From: Rhodothermales bacterium
GTDB lineage: Bacteria > Bacteroidota > Rhodothermia > Rhodothermales > VXPQ01
Assembly: GCA_040904565.1 (NCBI GenBank)
Contig: JBBDTI010000023.1
Span: forward strand, 25,957 to 47,995
Reading direction: 5' to 3'
DNA: 22,039 nucleotides
Part shown: in pieces, positions 9,370-18,320 of the stretch
How positions within the stretch are numbered: position 1 is the stretch's first letter
How the letters are laid out: every line of letters begins with the position of its first letter
The notes under the pieces: model-generated
What the model was told of the DNA's origin: nothing
The model's database searches: none
What the model saw: only the letters and a program-made list of their open reading frames with translations
Program-made: the position numbers and the translations under genes

Positions 9370-9455
9370 GACGAGGTCTCTTTTCATACGGGGACGGCTT
9401 CGGCGAGCACCTGATCGCGGATGGTCCAGTGCAGCGCATCTTCCGTGGCAAGATC
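9370..9455 (-). pseudogene. Relic of an MntA-type nucleotidyltransferase C-terminus plus start of a HepT/DUF86-like gene
   Basis: Minus strand 9455-9384 reads DLATEDALHWTIRDQVLAEAVPV*, typical of minimal nucleotidyltransferase ends; its TGA overlaps an ATG (9387) giving MKRDLV, after which similarity stops. Confidence 0.65.
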
Positions 9456-9525
9456 AAAACGAACGAGTACGGGCAGTCGATCATGATCCCGCAGAAACCG
9501 GGGCACGGGCTCATGCAGTTTCGCG
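9449..9525 (+). repeat. 77-bp degenerate copy of the Uma2 gene segment 11010-11086
   Basis: Ungapped alignment, 7 mismatches in 77 by manual count; KIKTNEYGQSIMIPQKPGHGLMQFR vs KIETNEYGQLVMSPQKPGHGLMQFR. Confidence 0.93.
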
Positions 9526-9544
9526 AATCTTTATGAACGAGGAT

Positions 9545-10681
9545 CTATCGAGCGAAGAGGTCAAGATACTCGCTGAAACGGTAGCGGAGGTAGCGTTGAT
9601 TTCCCGTCGTCTCATCGAGGAGACCCAGGCGCTCGAAGTCTCGGAGCAGGCTAATGGCCGTCGGATGACTCACCTCCAGGTGATCGACCACGTCGCTGGT
9701 CCGTACTAGTGGCTGGCGGTAGAGCAGCGTGAGTAGGCGCCGGGCGTTAGCGGCCTTCTGCCCGAGCTCCAGCACCTCCTTCTCGATGCGCTCACGCAGG
9801 GCCAGGATAGCCTCGAACGTCTCGCTGCCCGTACGGGCCGTGTCCCGCACGGCGACGAGGAAAAAGCGAATCCAGTGCCCCATGTCGCCCGAGCCACTTA
9901 CGCGTCGCAGTGCGTCGAAGTAGGCCGGCCGGTGCTGGTCGATGTAGCTGGAAAGGTACAGTGAGGGCTTTCGCAGGAAGCCTTGGTTCATCAAGTAGAG
10001 TGTAATGAGGAGCCGCCCGATGCGCCCGTTACCATCCAGGAACGGGTGGATGGTCTCGAACTGGTAATGACTGATTGCGATGCGGACGAGGTGAGGAACG
10101 TTAATCTCCTCGTTGTGCCAGAACTTCTCCAGATCGCTCATCAGCCGGGACACCTCGTGGTGCGGCGGCGGGATGAACGCCGCGTCCTCCAGGGTCGCTC
10201 CGCCGATCCAGTTCTGGCTCTTGCGGTACTCCCCCGGTTGCTTGTGCTGGCCGCGTACGCCCTGCATAAGCGTCCGGTGGGTCTGCCGAAGAAGGCGCGT
10301 TGAGAGCGGAAGCACGTCCAGGGTCGCGATGGCCTCATTCATTGCCTGGATGTAGTTCTGGACCTCCTCCCAGTCGTCGCGCCGCTCCGGCACCACCTCC
10401 TCCTCCGGCCGGATCACCTCGTCAATTTCTGTCTCCGTACCCTCGATTCGACTCGAGGCGCTGGCCTCCTTCACCACGTGGAGCCGAATAAAGAGGTCGA
10501 CATCTGGGACGATGCGCGAGAACGCGTCCAGTTCTACGAGCGCCCGGGTTGCTTCCTCCAGCAAGGTATTGATGCGTGCATCGTCCCAGGTCCACGCTCG
10601 GTTGATCGGAGTTGGGATGAAGGCCTCGTACCCCGACTGCCTTACATAGTGTCCAGGGTCGTACTCGTCCAACCGGATCAC
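9545..10681 (-). CDS. Fic family protein (N-terminal inhibitory motif, Fic core, C-terminal HTH)
   Basis: 'HPFLDGNGRIGR' catalytic motif; 'SSRIEG' (S/T)xxxE(G/N) motif N-terminal to it (class II-like); HTH 'DVVDHLEVSHPTAISLLRDFERLGLL'. Start uncertain: GTG 10681 preferred, ORF track uses GTG 10720. Confidence 0.93.
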   Translation of the reverse strand: MIRLDEYDPGHYVRQSGYEAFIPTPINRAWTWDDARINTLLEEATRALVELDAFSRIVPDVDLFIRLHVVKEASASSRIEGTETEIDEVIRPEEEVVPERRDDWEEVQNYIQAMNEAIATLDVLPLSTRLLRQTHRTLMQGVRGQHKQPGEYRKSQNWIGGATLEDAAFIPPPHHEVSRLMSDLEKFWHNEEINVPHLVRIAISHYQFETIHPFLDGNGRIGRLLITLYLMNQGFLRKPSLYLSSYIDQHRPAYFDALRRVSGSGDMGHWIRFFLVAVRDTARTGSETFEAILALRERIEKEVLELGQKAANARRLLTLLYRQPLVRTSDVVDHLEVSHPTAISLLRDFERLGLLDETTGNQRYLRYRFSEYLDLFAR

Positions 10682-10703
10682 ATCCAAAGATTCGATATGT
10701 CGT

Positions 10704-10770
10704 TTTACATTATCAGCCACTTAATAAAAATTTGGGGCTCTATATTTACATTAGGTACATCGTAATAAAA
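10704..10770. promoter_or_regulatory. Two operator-like boxes TTTACATTA-N9-TAATAAAA upstream of fic
   Basis: Identical half-sites at 10704-10729 and 10745-10770, 41 bp apart, each an imperfect inverted repeat. Confidence 0.65.
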
Positions 10771-10938
10771 GATAGGTGCCCTGGTTTTGATGAGCCAGGG
10801 TAACCCCAGCTTTTTCAGATTCCGGTCGATCCCACCGCGAGGTTATACCCAGTCTATCAATCGTGTCTTTCGTCCTGCCGGCCGTGGGATCGCGGCAAGT
10901 GTACGAAGGTAAAACAGCACGCACCGAGGCAATCAACG

Positions 10939-11442
10939 ATGCAGCCGATGGAAACGCTATCCGCCTGGAAGCACGCGCTTCGGGACCCCTCCCTTCAGGA
11001 CCTGCCCTACAAGATCGAAACGAACGAGTACGGGCAGCTGGTCATGAGCCCGCAGAAACCTGGGCATGGGCTCATGCAGTTTCGCGTCGGCGCGCTGCTC
11101 GAACGCGTCGAGCGTCCGGGACGCGTCGCCGTCGAATTTGCCGTCGAGACGTCGAAGGGCGTCAAGCTTCCCGACGTCGTCTGGATCTCCGATGAGCGCC
11201 TTCGAGACCTTCCGGAAGGCGCCGAGGCCTGTCCGTTTGCCCCTGAAATCTGCGTGGAAGTGCTGTCGCAGTCAAATACCCGGGCCGAGATCGACGAAAA
11301 GCGAAACCTCTACTTCGAGCAGGGTGCTCTGGAGGTCTGGACGTGCGACATGGCCGGGCAGATGCGGTTCTACGGCCGTAACGGCGAAATGGAAGCCTCC
11401 GCGCTCGTCCTCTCGTTTCCGTCGCAGGTCGCGGACGGATAA
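10939..11442 (+). CDS. Uma2 (DUF820) family PD-(D/E)XK endonuclease-like protein
   Basis: 'GQLVMSP...H', 'KLPDVVW', 'APEICVEVLSQSN', 'KRNLYFEQGALEVW'. Confidence 0.92.
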   Translation: MQPMETLSAWKHALRDPSLQDLPYKIETNEYGQLVMSPQKPGHGLMQFRVGALLERVERPGRVAVEFAVETSKGVKLPDVVWISDERLRDLPEGAEACPFAPEICVEVLSQSNTRAEIDEKRNLYFEQGALEVWTCDMAGQMRFYGRNGEMEASALVLSFPSQVADG

Positions 11443-11571
11443 TCGCCGGGGACACCGTCCGTCCCGCGGCAGGCCCATTCCGCCCCACCGTGCCGAATAG
11501 AGCGGCTCTCGAATAGATCGCGGACGAACGTAGCAGCGCGATGATGATCTACGCGTGCACAGTCGGCATCC

Positions 11572-13908
11572 TCATAACGAAACCTGCAGGCCTACCGAGG
11601 GGATAAACGGAAGCTGGTCCTTGCGCTCGAGCGTGAAGGCATCGACGTAGAAAAGATTGCGTCGGTTGTATGCGTTGATGGCGCTGGCCTGAAGGGAGGC
11701 TTCGGCGAGCCCGATGGAGAACGTTCGTTCAATCGCTACGTCCATGCGATGATATGTCGGCAGCACGGCGTTGAAGGGCCGCTCGTACAGGGCGCGCCGG
11801 GAATGCTCGAGATCCCAGGCCGATTTCGTATCGTCCACGAGCGCGAAGCCGTCGAATCCGAGCGGACGCGTGTAGGGGAATCCAGAACCGAAGGTCCAAC
11901 GTAGACTCACGTCGAAGCCGCGCCATTCGGAGGCTAGGAGCACGTTGACCTTGTGTCGGCGATCGTGACCGGGACGGTACCGCAGCTTCTCTTCCCCGTA
12001 CCACAGGTCCACGGCCGGCGAATTCGCGGCATACTCCGTATTCGAATAACCGTACGTTACGTAGCCGTAGATCCGGTCGTGATTAAATTCCACGCGCGTC
12101 TCGAATCCGAATGATCGGCCCTCTGCCGGCTGCAGGCGAGTCGATAGGCGAGGATAACCGGTCCACTCGCCTACAAACAGGTTCTCAATCGATTTATAAA
12201 AGCTCTCGATCGAAACCTCGAGCCACGGCAGTGGGGTGGCTCGGTAGCCTAGTAGTACGTGGATCGCCCGGCCCACACGGCCTCCGAGGAGCTGATCGCC
12301 TTGGCCGAGATTAACCTCCTTCCTCGGGATGGCCGTCCAGGCGGTAAAGACGTTGGCCGGGTCGCGGCGGTCCGTCAGCCCGACGATCTGCTGCTGGTAG
12401 AGGCCGGTCGCAGCGGATATGTGGTGTATCCCTCGCTCCCAGAATAGACGCAGGCGCGGCTCGATGTAAGGCGCCGGCCGAATGTTGAAGAACTGTAAGC
12501 GGGCACCTGGATGGACGTGCACGTCACCGACGATAAACGCAGGCTCAACGTAGAATCCGTAGGAGAAGAGATTGGAGCTCGTGCGATCGAGGTTTTGAAA
12601 CTTGCCGCCCAGGTCATTTTGAGCCTTGCCGAAGACGACTTCCCACCCGGCCAGTGTGGTCGTTTGGTTACCAAAGAACGTAGCATTAAGCGCGATACGG
12701 CACTCACGAACCTCCGTTTGGCGCGCAGTGTCGGAGGCCGTGCCCTGCTGCATCGTATGGCGCGCATGGGAAAGGAGGAACTCCGTCGACACGGGCAGCG
12801 CGTGCGGCAGGGCCAGCCAGCGTAGACCGAGCCCGTCATTCGTCCACCGCACCTCCTGTGCTTCCGTTTCGCCGACCTCCGGCACGAGTTCGCCGCGGTC
12901 GAAGGTATGCAAGCCAGTTGCCGAAAAGGTACTACGCGTGCTAGGCACGAAATTGAGTTTTCCGAACACGTCACCAAACTCGAGCGGCATGGGCTCCTTA
13001 TAGAGATACTCGCCGCTTCGGTCAACGAGCGATCGCCTTCCAGAGCCGATGAAGGAGAGCAATCCCGGAATGACAGGGCCTTCGAGTCGGCCTGCTGCGC
13101 CGAATGGCGAGATGCTCCCCATGCCGGCAAATCGGCGATTGTTGCCCGACCGCGAAGCGACATCGATAACGGAGGAGAGGCGCCCACTGTACTTCGGCCC
13201 GAAGCCGCCTGCATACATGTCGACGTGATCGACGATATCGGACGGGAAGGCAGAATAGAATCCGAGCACGTGAAACGGTTGATAGATCGTGATACCGTCC
13301 AGCAAGACAAGGTTTTGAGACGGCTCGCCGCCGCGGACGAAGAACTGGCCGCCCCGGTCACCGCTGGAGACCACGCTGGGCAGCGTGCTGAGATAGTTCG
13401 ACAGGTCGCCAGAGATGTCGGGCGATGGGATCAGCTCGACATCCTCCGGACTGATGCGCTGGTGCCCGCCTGTGACCCGCGCCATACCCTCCGTGCGCTC
13501 GCTCTGCACGACGACCTCGTTCAATTCACCTTCTCCCTCACCAAGGGCGACGGTGCGCGTAAGAACATCGTTGGAAGCAAAGCTGATCGTATCACGAAAG
13601 GTCTCGAAACCGATGAAGCTGATGGCTAGTGCGTATTCACCCGGCTCAATGCCCACGATGAGATAGATTCCATCGCCGTCGGTCGCCGCACCGTGCGCAA
13701 TCTCCCCATTTCCCAGCGTAAGGACTGTCACAGTGGCGCCTTCGAGCGGCCGGCCGTCAGAGCCGTCCGTTACGATCCCGCTCAGACGGGCGGATTGGGA
13801 CAGGGCTAGATCGGGGCTCACGAAATGCAACAGAAGGGTACACGACACAACAAGTAGAAATCGCTCTACCGGGATCGCTTGACGTGGTCCAAGTGACGAC
13901 AAGACCAT
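11572..13908 (-). CDS. TonB-dependent receptor B (carboxypeptidase-regulatory-like N-domain, plug, barrel)
   Basis: 'LSGIVTDGSDGRPLEGATV', plug 'VRGGEPSQNLVLLDGITIYQPFHVLGFYSAF', 'DRRH', 'LPTYHRMDV', terminal 'QLPFIPSVGLQVSL'. ATG 13908 avoids overlap with the upstream gene. Confidence 0.9.
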   Translation of the reverse strand: MVLSSLGPRQAIPVERFLLVVSCTLLLHFVSPDLALSQSARLSGIVTDGSDGRPLEGATVTVLTLGNGEIAHGAATDGDGIYLIVGIEPGEYALAISFIGFETFRDTISFASNDVLTRTVALGEGEGELNEVVVQSERTEGMARVTGGHQRISPEDVELIPSPDISGDLSNYLSTLPSVVSSGDRGGQFFVRGGEPSQNLVLLDGITIYQPFHVLGFYSAFPSDIVDHVDMYAGGFGPKYSGRLSSVIDVASRSGNNRRFAGMGSISPFGAAGRLEGPVIPGLLSFIGSGRRSLVDRSGEYLYKEPMPLEFGDVFGKLNFVPSTRSTFSATGLHTFDRGELVPEVGETEAQEVRWTNDGLGLRWLALPHALPVSTEFLLSHARHTMQQGTASDTARQTEVRECRIALNATFFGNQTTTLAGWEVVFGKAQNDLGGKFQNLDRTSSNLFSYGFYVEPAFIVGDVHVHPGARLQFFNIRPAPYIEPRLRLFWERGIHHISAATGLYQQQIVGLTDRRDPANVFTAWTAIPRKEVNLGQGDQLLGGRVGRAIHVLLGYRATPLPWLEVSIESFYKSIENLFVGEWTGYPRLSTRLQPAEGRSFGFETRVEFNHDRIYGYVTYGYSNTEYAANSPAVDLWYGEEKLRYRPGHDRRHKVNVLLASEWRGFDVSLRWTFGSGFPYTRPLGFDGFALVDDTKSAWDLEHSRRALYERPFNAVLPTYHRMDVAIERTFSIGLAEASLQASAINAYNRRNLFYVDAFTLERKDQLPFIPSVGLQVSL

Positions 13909-13931
13909 GGGGTTTGTTAAATGTATACACG

Positions 13932-14861
13932 TTAAGGGTGCGCAGGCACGGCGAAGCATGCCGCCTCGACGATATCAGAAGGTGGCGTCACGTCACTAGA
14001 CGTTCGATAGCCGGCGCCAATGAAGCCGAAGCCGTTTTCCACATTCGACATTGCGCCCTGCCGTATGAGTAGATTTGGGTCGAATATACCGCCCGGAGGA
14101 TCCCAGCTGCTGTTTCCCACCAGCACTTCGAGGCTAAGCTCGAGCAGCGTGATCGCGGCACAGTCAGAGCCGGACTGCAATGGTGGTGTATCGATGTTGT
14201 AGAAGGACTGTACTGTGATTCGCTCATCTGCAAAATCGATTTCGACCATCCAACCCTCGTCAGTCTTTTGTTCACGACCTTGGTACGAAAAGGCATATCG
14301 TCGATTGAGGTATCCGCTGCCCGGGACGCCTACGAAGTACTCCACAAGGGGCTTTAAGACACGGATGCCCTCGCCACGGATGGCAATTTCGACTCCCTGA
14401 ATACGCGGATTTTCCACCACGATATCGACCAGTTCCGGTACGCGTACCTCGGCAAAACTCCGCGCGCCATCGGACGTGCGCTCGGCTTCAATCCGGTACA
14501 CCGTTCCATACGTCGCTTCAAAGACAGACCAGAAGATGAACTCGGGCTCGCCGTTAAGCCCTACCACGACGGTGTCCTGCCACGTTCGAGCGACGCCCGT
14601 TTGGAGATTGGTCGACGTGACGCGAATATCTTCAATGTCATCTGCGTCCGGTTGCACCAGGAATTCTTGAATCGGGTAGATGCGAACTGACTGCGTATCC
14701 CGTTGCGGACTGAGCGCTCCGTACATGGAGAAAGGTTGCTCAAGATTCTCGGGCGGCGCCAGCGTATCGCTGCAGCCCAGAACCAGAAGACAACTAAGCA
14801 TTGCTGCTACGGCAAATACCCAGTAGAGTCTGACTTGGTGAGATCTAGTGTTGGACCGCAT
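13932..14861 (-). CDS. Lipoprotein B, DUF4249-like TBDR partner
   Basis: Lipobox 'VLGC'; 'PFSMYGALSP', 'SNVENGFGFIGAGY'; clear paralog of 15040-16026. Confidence 0.8.
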   Translation of the reverse strand: MRSNTRSHQVRLYWVFAVAAMLSCLLVLGCSDTLAPPENLEQPFSMYGALSPQRDTQSVRIYPIQEFLVQPDADDIEDIRVTSTNLQTGVARTWQDTVVVGLNGEPEFIFWSVFEATYGTVYRIEAERTSDGARSFAEVRVPELVDIVVENPRIQGVEIAIRGEGIRVLKPLVEYFVGVPGSGYLNRRYAFSYQGREQKTDEGWMVEIDFADERITVQSFYNIDTPPLQSGSDCAAITLLELSLEVLVGNSSWDPPGGIFDPNLLIRQGAMSNVENGFGFIGAGYRTSSDVTPPSDIVEAACFAVPAHP

Positions 14862-14950
14862 ATCGAGACGTCGTTTACCTATCGAGATGGATGAAGAGGA
14901 TCAAGTCCCGATTTCTGTGTAAAAGCGGCTATCCGGCAGGATTCCAGCCC

Positions 14951-15001
14951 GGTCGGCTCCCTGCGTGGTAAAGGTGTCGGCACTGAACAGATTTAGCCGG
15001 T
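14951..15001 (-). pseudogene. Decayed 51-bp copy of the 3' end of TBDR-A (16070-16120)
   Basis: Ungapped, 8 mismatches in 51 by manual count; reads RLNLFSADTFTTQGAD vs RPNLFYVDTFTTQRAD. Confidence 0.85.
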
Positions 15002-15039
15002 TCCTTTCGCGTCTCTAAGAAATAATGGACCCGCGGCAG

Positions 15040-16026
15040 CTACGCCCCCACGTAGTGACCGCACCCAAAGACGTGGGGCGTCCGGTTAAGGATACTATCC
15101 CAGAACCAGGTGTCGTCGAGCGACGTGGTGGACGGATAGACAGGCGCATCGAACTCGTATCCGCCCGTCACGAAGCCGAACCCGTTCTGCACGTTCGAAA
15201 ACGCGCGAGGAAAGCTTTGAACGAACGGATCGAAGTCTCCCGCGGGCGGGTCCCATTCGTCACTGCCGACGGTGACGCTGACGCGCATGTCCTCCAGCGC
15301 CAGCCCGTCGCAGCTCGGATTCGCGAAGCCAACGAACACTTCCGAGGATCGACTGTGCTCATTATAGTAGCGGGAGCGCAGAGATTCGTACTTGATGTTC
15401 AGGTCGATGGGGATCCGCCAGCCGCCTTCGATTTGTTCTTCGTTTCCCTTGACCGAAACAGCGAACTCGGAGTACGGCATGCTCGGATTTCTGCGTTCAG
15501 AACCAGGGTATGCGTAAAAGGCTCGGACGCCGTAGTGCGCGTTGATGTGCAATGGGCGAAACGCCTCGCCGTAGAGGGTCACGATGAAGTGCCGCGAGCG
15601 CGTGTCCTCCTGTTCGAGCGTGATCAGCTCGGGAATGGACGTCTCCACGAAGGTCGTCGCACCGTCGGATCGCCTCACTTCGAGGCGGTGCCGGCTCCCG
15701 TAGTCCGGCCGAAAGTCCGCCCAGAAGATATGATCGACATGGCCGGTCGGGCCCGTCACCACCGAGTCCCGCCACTGGCGGGTCACGCCGGTCTGGAGGT
15801 TCGTCGACGTAACCTGCGCGTCGATGGTTACAGCGGTGGGCTTGAGCTCCGCCTCCGTTGCCGAGACGAGGACGGTCTGGGTGTCCAGCTGCGGGTTCAA
15901 AATACCGTACACCGAAAACGGCTCGTCGACACCGGGCGGCCCGGCCACGTCGGTGTTGCATCCGGATGCGGCAAACGCCGCGGCCAGACCGCAAATAAGT
16001 ACCCAGATGATTCCTCTTCCAGCCAT
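15040..16026 (-). CDS. Lipoprotein A, DUF4249-like TBDR partner
   Basis: Lipobox 'ASGC'; 'PFSVYGILNP', 'SNVQNGFGFVTGGY'; TGATG coupling to the TBDR-A stop. Confidence 0.8.
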   Translation of the reverse strand: MAGRGIIWVLICGLAAAFAASGCNTDVAGPPGVDEPFSVYGILNPQLDTQTVLVSATEAELKPTAVTIDAQVTSTNLQTGVTRQWRDSVVTGPTGHVDHIFWADFRPDYGSRHRLEVRRSDGATTFVETSIPELITLEQEDTRSRHFIVTLYGEAFRPLHINAHYGVRAFYAYPGSERRNPSMPYSEFAVSVKGNEEQIEGGWRIPIDLNIKYESLRSRYYNEHSRSSEVFVGFANPSCDGLALEDMRVSVTVGSDEWDPPAGDFDPFVQSFPRAFSNVQNGFGFVTGGYEFDAPVYPSTTSLDDTWFWDSILNRTPHVFGCGHYVGA

Positions 16027-18320
16027 CAGAAGCTCACCCGCAGTCCAAGGGAGGGCACGATGGGAAGCTGGTCGGCTCGCTGCGTCGTAAAGGTGTCGAC
16101 GTAGAAAAGATTTGGCCGGTCATACGCGTTGATCAGGCTGCCGTGGATCGTCAGGTCGGCCGCGCGGAGGGCAAACGTGCGTTCGAGCGAGACGTCCAGC
16201 CGGTGGTAGGTCGGAAGCACCTTGTTGAAGGGCCGATCGAAAATGACGCGCCGCGAGCGCGCCATGTCGAAGACGCTCCCGGCGTGATCGAGATGAGCGA
16301 AGCTGTCGAAAGCCAGCGGCTGCGTGTAGGGCAGCCCCGAGCCGAACGTCCACCGAATGCTGAACTCCAGGCCGCGCCAGGACGTGCTGCCGAGCGCCGT
16401 CACCTGATGCCGCCGGTCGTGCGGCGGGCGGAAGGCGAGGGATTCGGTCCCGAACCAGTAGCGGACCGCCTCGTACTTCGTGTGATAGAGAGTGTTCGAG
16501 TAGCCGTAGTTGACGAATGCGTAAAACGGATCCCGGCGCACTTCCAGGCGAGCCTCGAATCCGGCCGTGCGGCCGCGGGCCCGAGCGAGGCGGGTCGTCA
16601 GCTCGGGGAAGGACGTCCACTCGGCGACGAAGAGGTTGCTCATGCGTTTGTAGAACCCCTCAACGGATATGTCCAGCCACGACGCCGGCGTGCTGCGGTA
16701 GCCGAGCGTCGTGTGGACGGACTTGCCCAGGCGTCCGGCACGCGGGTCGGTGCCGCTATCTCTCGGCCGCGGGATGACGGACCAGATCGTGAAAACGTTC
16801 GCCACGTCCCGACGATCGTTGAGGCCGATGACGGCCTGATTGTAGAGTCCTACCGCCCCGCTCACGTGATGGATGCCGCGCTCCCACGTCGCCCGGACGC
16901 GCGGCTCGACGAACGGGTCGATCTTTATGTTATACCACTGCAGTCGGACGCTCGGGCGAATGTGGACCTCCGGGCCGAGCTCGTAGATCGGTTCCGCGTA
17001 GAGCCCCCATTCGACCAGGGAGTTGCCCGAAGAATTGGGCAGCTGAAACGCGCCGCCCAGGTCGTTCGATACTTTACCCAGCAGAGCGTCGAATCCCCCT
17101 TCCCAGTTGATTCCGTCGCCTTCGAAGAGTCCGTCTACCGCAATTCGTGTGTGATGGATCTCCGAGCGTCGCAGCGGCTCTTCTTCCGAGCCCATCTCCG
17201 TGACATGCCGGGAGCGCGAGAAGTGCACTGTCATGATGGCCGGGATCGCGCGAGGCACGAGCGTCCACCGGGCTCCGATGGCGGTGTTCCCCCACCGCAC
17301 TTCATCGGGCCCATCGGCGTCGGGCGCATCACCGATGCTTCCGCTATCATGCGTGCGCAGAGCCGTGATCGAGAGGCGACTATTCCGGCTGGCCGGACCG
17401 TAGACCTTCGCGAAGAGGTCGCCGAAGCGAAAGGGCAGGTCCTGGCCAATGATCCGCTCGGCCCCTTGTTCGAGCATGGATTCCCGGGCCGATATGAGAA
17501 AGGAAGCGTGGCCGGGCACGATGGGGCCTTCCACGCGCACGGCGCTCGAAAAGGGCGACGCGCTGGCCATCCCCCCGAAGCGACGGTTGTTGCCGGTGCG
17601 CGCAGATACGTCCACCACCGAAGAGAGCCGTCCAGAGTAGCGCGGCGGGTAGCCGCCGGCATACAGATCGACGTGGCTGAGGATGTCGGCCGGAAAGGCC
17701 GAGTAGAAGCCCAACACGTGGAAGGGCTGGTATACGACCATCCCGTCGAGCAGCGTCAGGTTCTGGGACGGCTCGCCCCCTCGGACGTAGAACTGCCCGC
17801 CCCGGTCTCCGGTGGTAACGATCCCGGGGAGCGTCGTCAGATAGTTGGCGAGATCGGCTGAGATATCCGGAGAGGGTACGAGTTCGATCTCTTCCGGGCG
17901 AATGCGCTGGTGGCCGGCCGTGACTCGGGCCATCCCGTGCTCCCGTTCGCTTTGGACCAATACTTCTCCCAGGGCTTCCTCGGACCGCACGAGGTCCGCG
18001 CTTCGGGTCGTGCTGCCGGAGAGATCGAGCGTATCCCGGACGGTCTCGTAGCCGATGAAGGATATGGCGAGCAGATAGGTACCCGGTTCAATGCTCCGAA
18101 TCAGGTAGACGCCGTCCTCATTCGAAACCGAGCCGTAGAGGAGCGAGTCCGCATTCTCCGCACTGCGCAGCGCGACGGTGGCCCCTCCCAGCGGCTGCCC
18201 GTCACCGGCATCCGTCACGAACCCTCTTAGCGACGCCGTCTGGGCAAGCAAGCTCGACGCTGCGCAGCTGCTCATGAACGCCACCAGGAGGAAGCATTTG
18301 ACCGATCTGGAGAAGGTCAT
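16026..18320 (-). CDS. TonB-dependent receptor A, paralog of TBDR-B
   Basis: Signal peptide; 'LRGFVTDAGDGQPLGGATV', plug 'VRGGEPSQNLTLLDGMVVYQPFHVLGFYSAF', 'HDRRH', terminal 'SLGLRVSF'. Confidence 0.92.
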   Translation of the reverse strand: MTFSRSVKCFLLVAFMSSCAASSLLAQTASLRGFVTDAGDGQPLGGATVALRSAENADSLLYGSVSNEDGVYLIRSIEPGTYLLAISFIGYETVRDTLDLSGSTTRSADLVRSEEALGEVLVQSEREHGMARVTAGHQRIRPEEIELVPSPDISADLANYLTTLPGIVTTGDRGGQFYVRGGEPSQNLTLLDGMVVYQPFHVLGFYSAFPADILSHVDLYAGGYPPRYSGRLSSVVDVSARTGNNRRFGGMASASPFSSAVRVEGPIVPGHASFLISARESMLEQGAERIIGQDLPFRFGDLFAKVYGPASRNSRLSITALRTHDSGSIGDAPDADGPDEVRWGNTAIGARWTLVPRAIPAIMTVHFSRSRHVTEMGSEEEPLRRSEIHHTRIAVDGLFEGDGINWEGGFDALLGKVSNDLGGAFQLPNSSGNSLVEWGLYAEPIYELGPEVHIRPSVRLQWYNIKIDPFVEPRVRATWERGIHHVSGAVGLYNQAVIGLNDRRDVANVFTIWSVIPRPRDSGTDPRAGRLGKSVHTTLGYRSTPASWLDISVEGFYKRMSNLFVAEWTSFPELTTRLARARGRTAGFEARLEVRRDPFYAFVNYGYSNTLYHTKYEAVRYWFGTESLAFRPPHDRRHQVTALGSTSWRGLEFSIRWTFGSGLPYTQPLAFDSFAHLDHAGSVFDMARSRRVIFDRPFNKVLPTYHRLDVSLERTFALRAADLTIHGSLINAYDRPNLFYVDTFTTQRADQLPIVPSLGLRVSF

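Noticed and set aside
9288-9709. ORFs 9288-9536 and 9302-9709 as real genes
   Set aside because: They read through relic fragments and the fic antisense strand; only the Uma2-derived 25 aa is recognisable.
10827-10892. Inverted repeat CGATCCCAC...GTGGGATCG as a structured RNA
   Set aside because: Single short stem with a long unpaired interior; no recognisable RNA family.
9449-11086. DGR template/variable repeat pair
   Set aside because: Only 2 of 7 mismatches involve adenine in the left copy, the target is not a C-terminal variable region, and no reverse transcriptase is present.
14951-16120. DGR interpretation of the TBDR-end duplicate
   Set aside because: Mismatches include C/G changes and are not adenine-specific on either strand; no reverse transcriptase.
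16143-17861. Long antisense ORFs (572 aa here; also 5634-6836, 15025-16104, 1253-2296)
   Set aside because: Shadow frames of well-supported genes in GC-rich DNA, with no motifs.
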